Below, piece by piece: positions 63,372-64,000 of a stretch of 64,000 bases of DNA. Made by a program: the position numbers and the translations under genes. Where the stretch lies: assembly GCA_024704765.1 (NCBI GenBank), contig JAKMXF010000222.1:1116001-1180000 (forward strand). The letters are read 5' to 3'. The first letter of the stretch is position 1, and each line of letters starts with the position of its first letter. Below the pieces are notes generated by a model, which worked only from the letters and a program-made list of their open reading frames with translations, was not told the DNA's origin and ran no database searches. Source of the stretch: Oopsacas minuta. Taxonomy: Eukaryota; Animalia; Porifera.

Positions 63372-64000
63372 ATGCCCAACAGGTGTTCTGCCCCCGGATG
63401 TCGGAGTAATTACGCAGGAGAACCTTATACTCCAGTATTTAAGCTGCCAAATGGCCCACCTGATCTTCTCAATCGTTGGCTTCGAGCGCTCTGTAGAGAA
63501 GGTATCAGAGACTTCTAGAATGTGTTTGTGTGCTCAAAACATTTCCTCGACGAAGAAATTCAGACCAGTTTTTCTATCCATCAACCAGATGGAACATACT
63601 TAGAAGTACCAGCTAAGCCTAAATTGCAGAAGGATGCAGTGCCAAGATTTCTACCTGGATGTCCACTTCATCTCTCTTCGTCATCTGACATCATACCTCC
63701 GAGATTTGATAGATCTTTGAGAGAACAGCACTTGATTGATACTGCAATAAATGAGAGTCTATTACAGTATAACCAAGACAAAGAACTTTTTCAGATTACT
63801 ACACTGGAAGACTTGGTATCCAAAACGAAGCACTAGGGTTTGCCTAATCATTGGTTAGTTTGGTCTTCTGATGATAATTCCTTTAATTTACTCAAACCTT
63901 CTATAACGAATAACAGTTTGATTGCAATTAGATGCTCGTTAGCTATTACCGAAACATTACATACTATGGGTTTCTACGAAGGTATACGCATTCCTCTTTC
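63372..64000 (+). pseudogene. THAP-domain (P-element/THAP9-like) transposase 5' part, runs off the window
   Basis: MPNRCSAPGCRSNY...RWLRAL...VCSKHF...LQKDAVP; in-frame TAG stops at ~63516 and ~63834. Confidence 0.75.

Overview
AT-rich eukaryotic (metazoan-like, short GT-AG introns) DNA that is almost entirely a nested transposon graveyard; the host species cannot be determined from the sequence. The only host-gene signal is the 5' part of a ciliary DRC3/LRRC48-like LRR gene (5611-~6003). Elements whose ends and target-site duplications (TSDs) I could read directly: an intron-containing Ginger element (8597-16156, TSD GCTC); a RAG1-like transposon nested in one of its introns, with perfect RSS-heptamer termini CACAGTG/CACTGTG and TSD TAGAT (10997-14257); two TA-flanked DD37E Tc1-like elements (one with an intact 356-aa ORF); a Mutator-like element carrying an OTU domain (TSD GATGACTTA); a Chapaev3-like element (TSD TTA) containing a Buster hAT (TSD CTGTAAGC); a Gypsy LTR element (TSD TCAG); and an Ac-type hAT (TSD CTAGCGAC). 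Removing four of these reveals a cryptic ~4.9-kb element with ~0.85-0.9-kb terminal inverted repeats (TIRs) now spread over 21.7 kb (23540-45262), itself apparently splitting an older hAT. Also present: a second Ginger, an L2-like LINE, mariners, P/THAP-like remnants and a second RAG1-like fragment. A recurring theme is transposon-borne deubiquitinase-like proteases; two sister Gingers share three introns but carry different protease folds (USP-like versus OTU). Family assignments rest on motifs recognised by eye, percent identities are rough visual estimates, and no searches were run.
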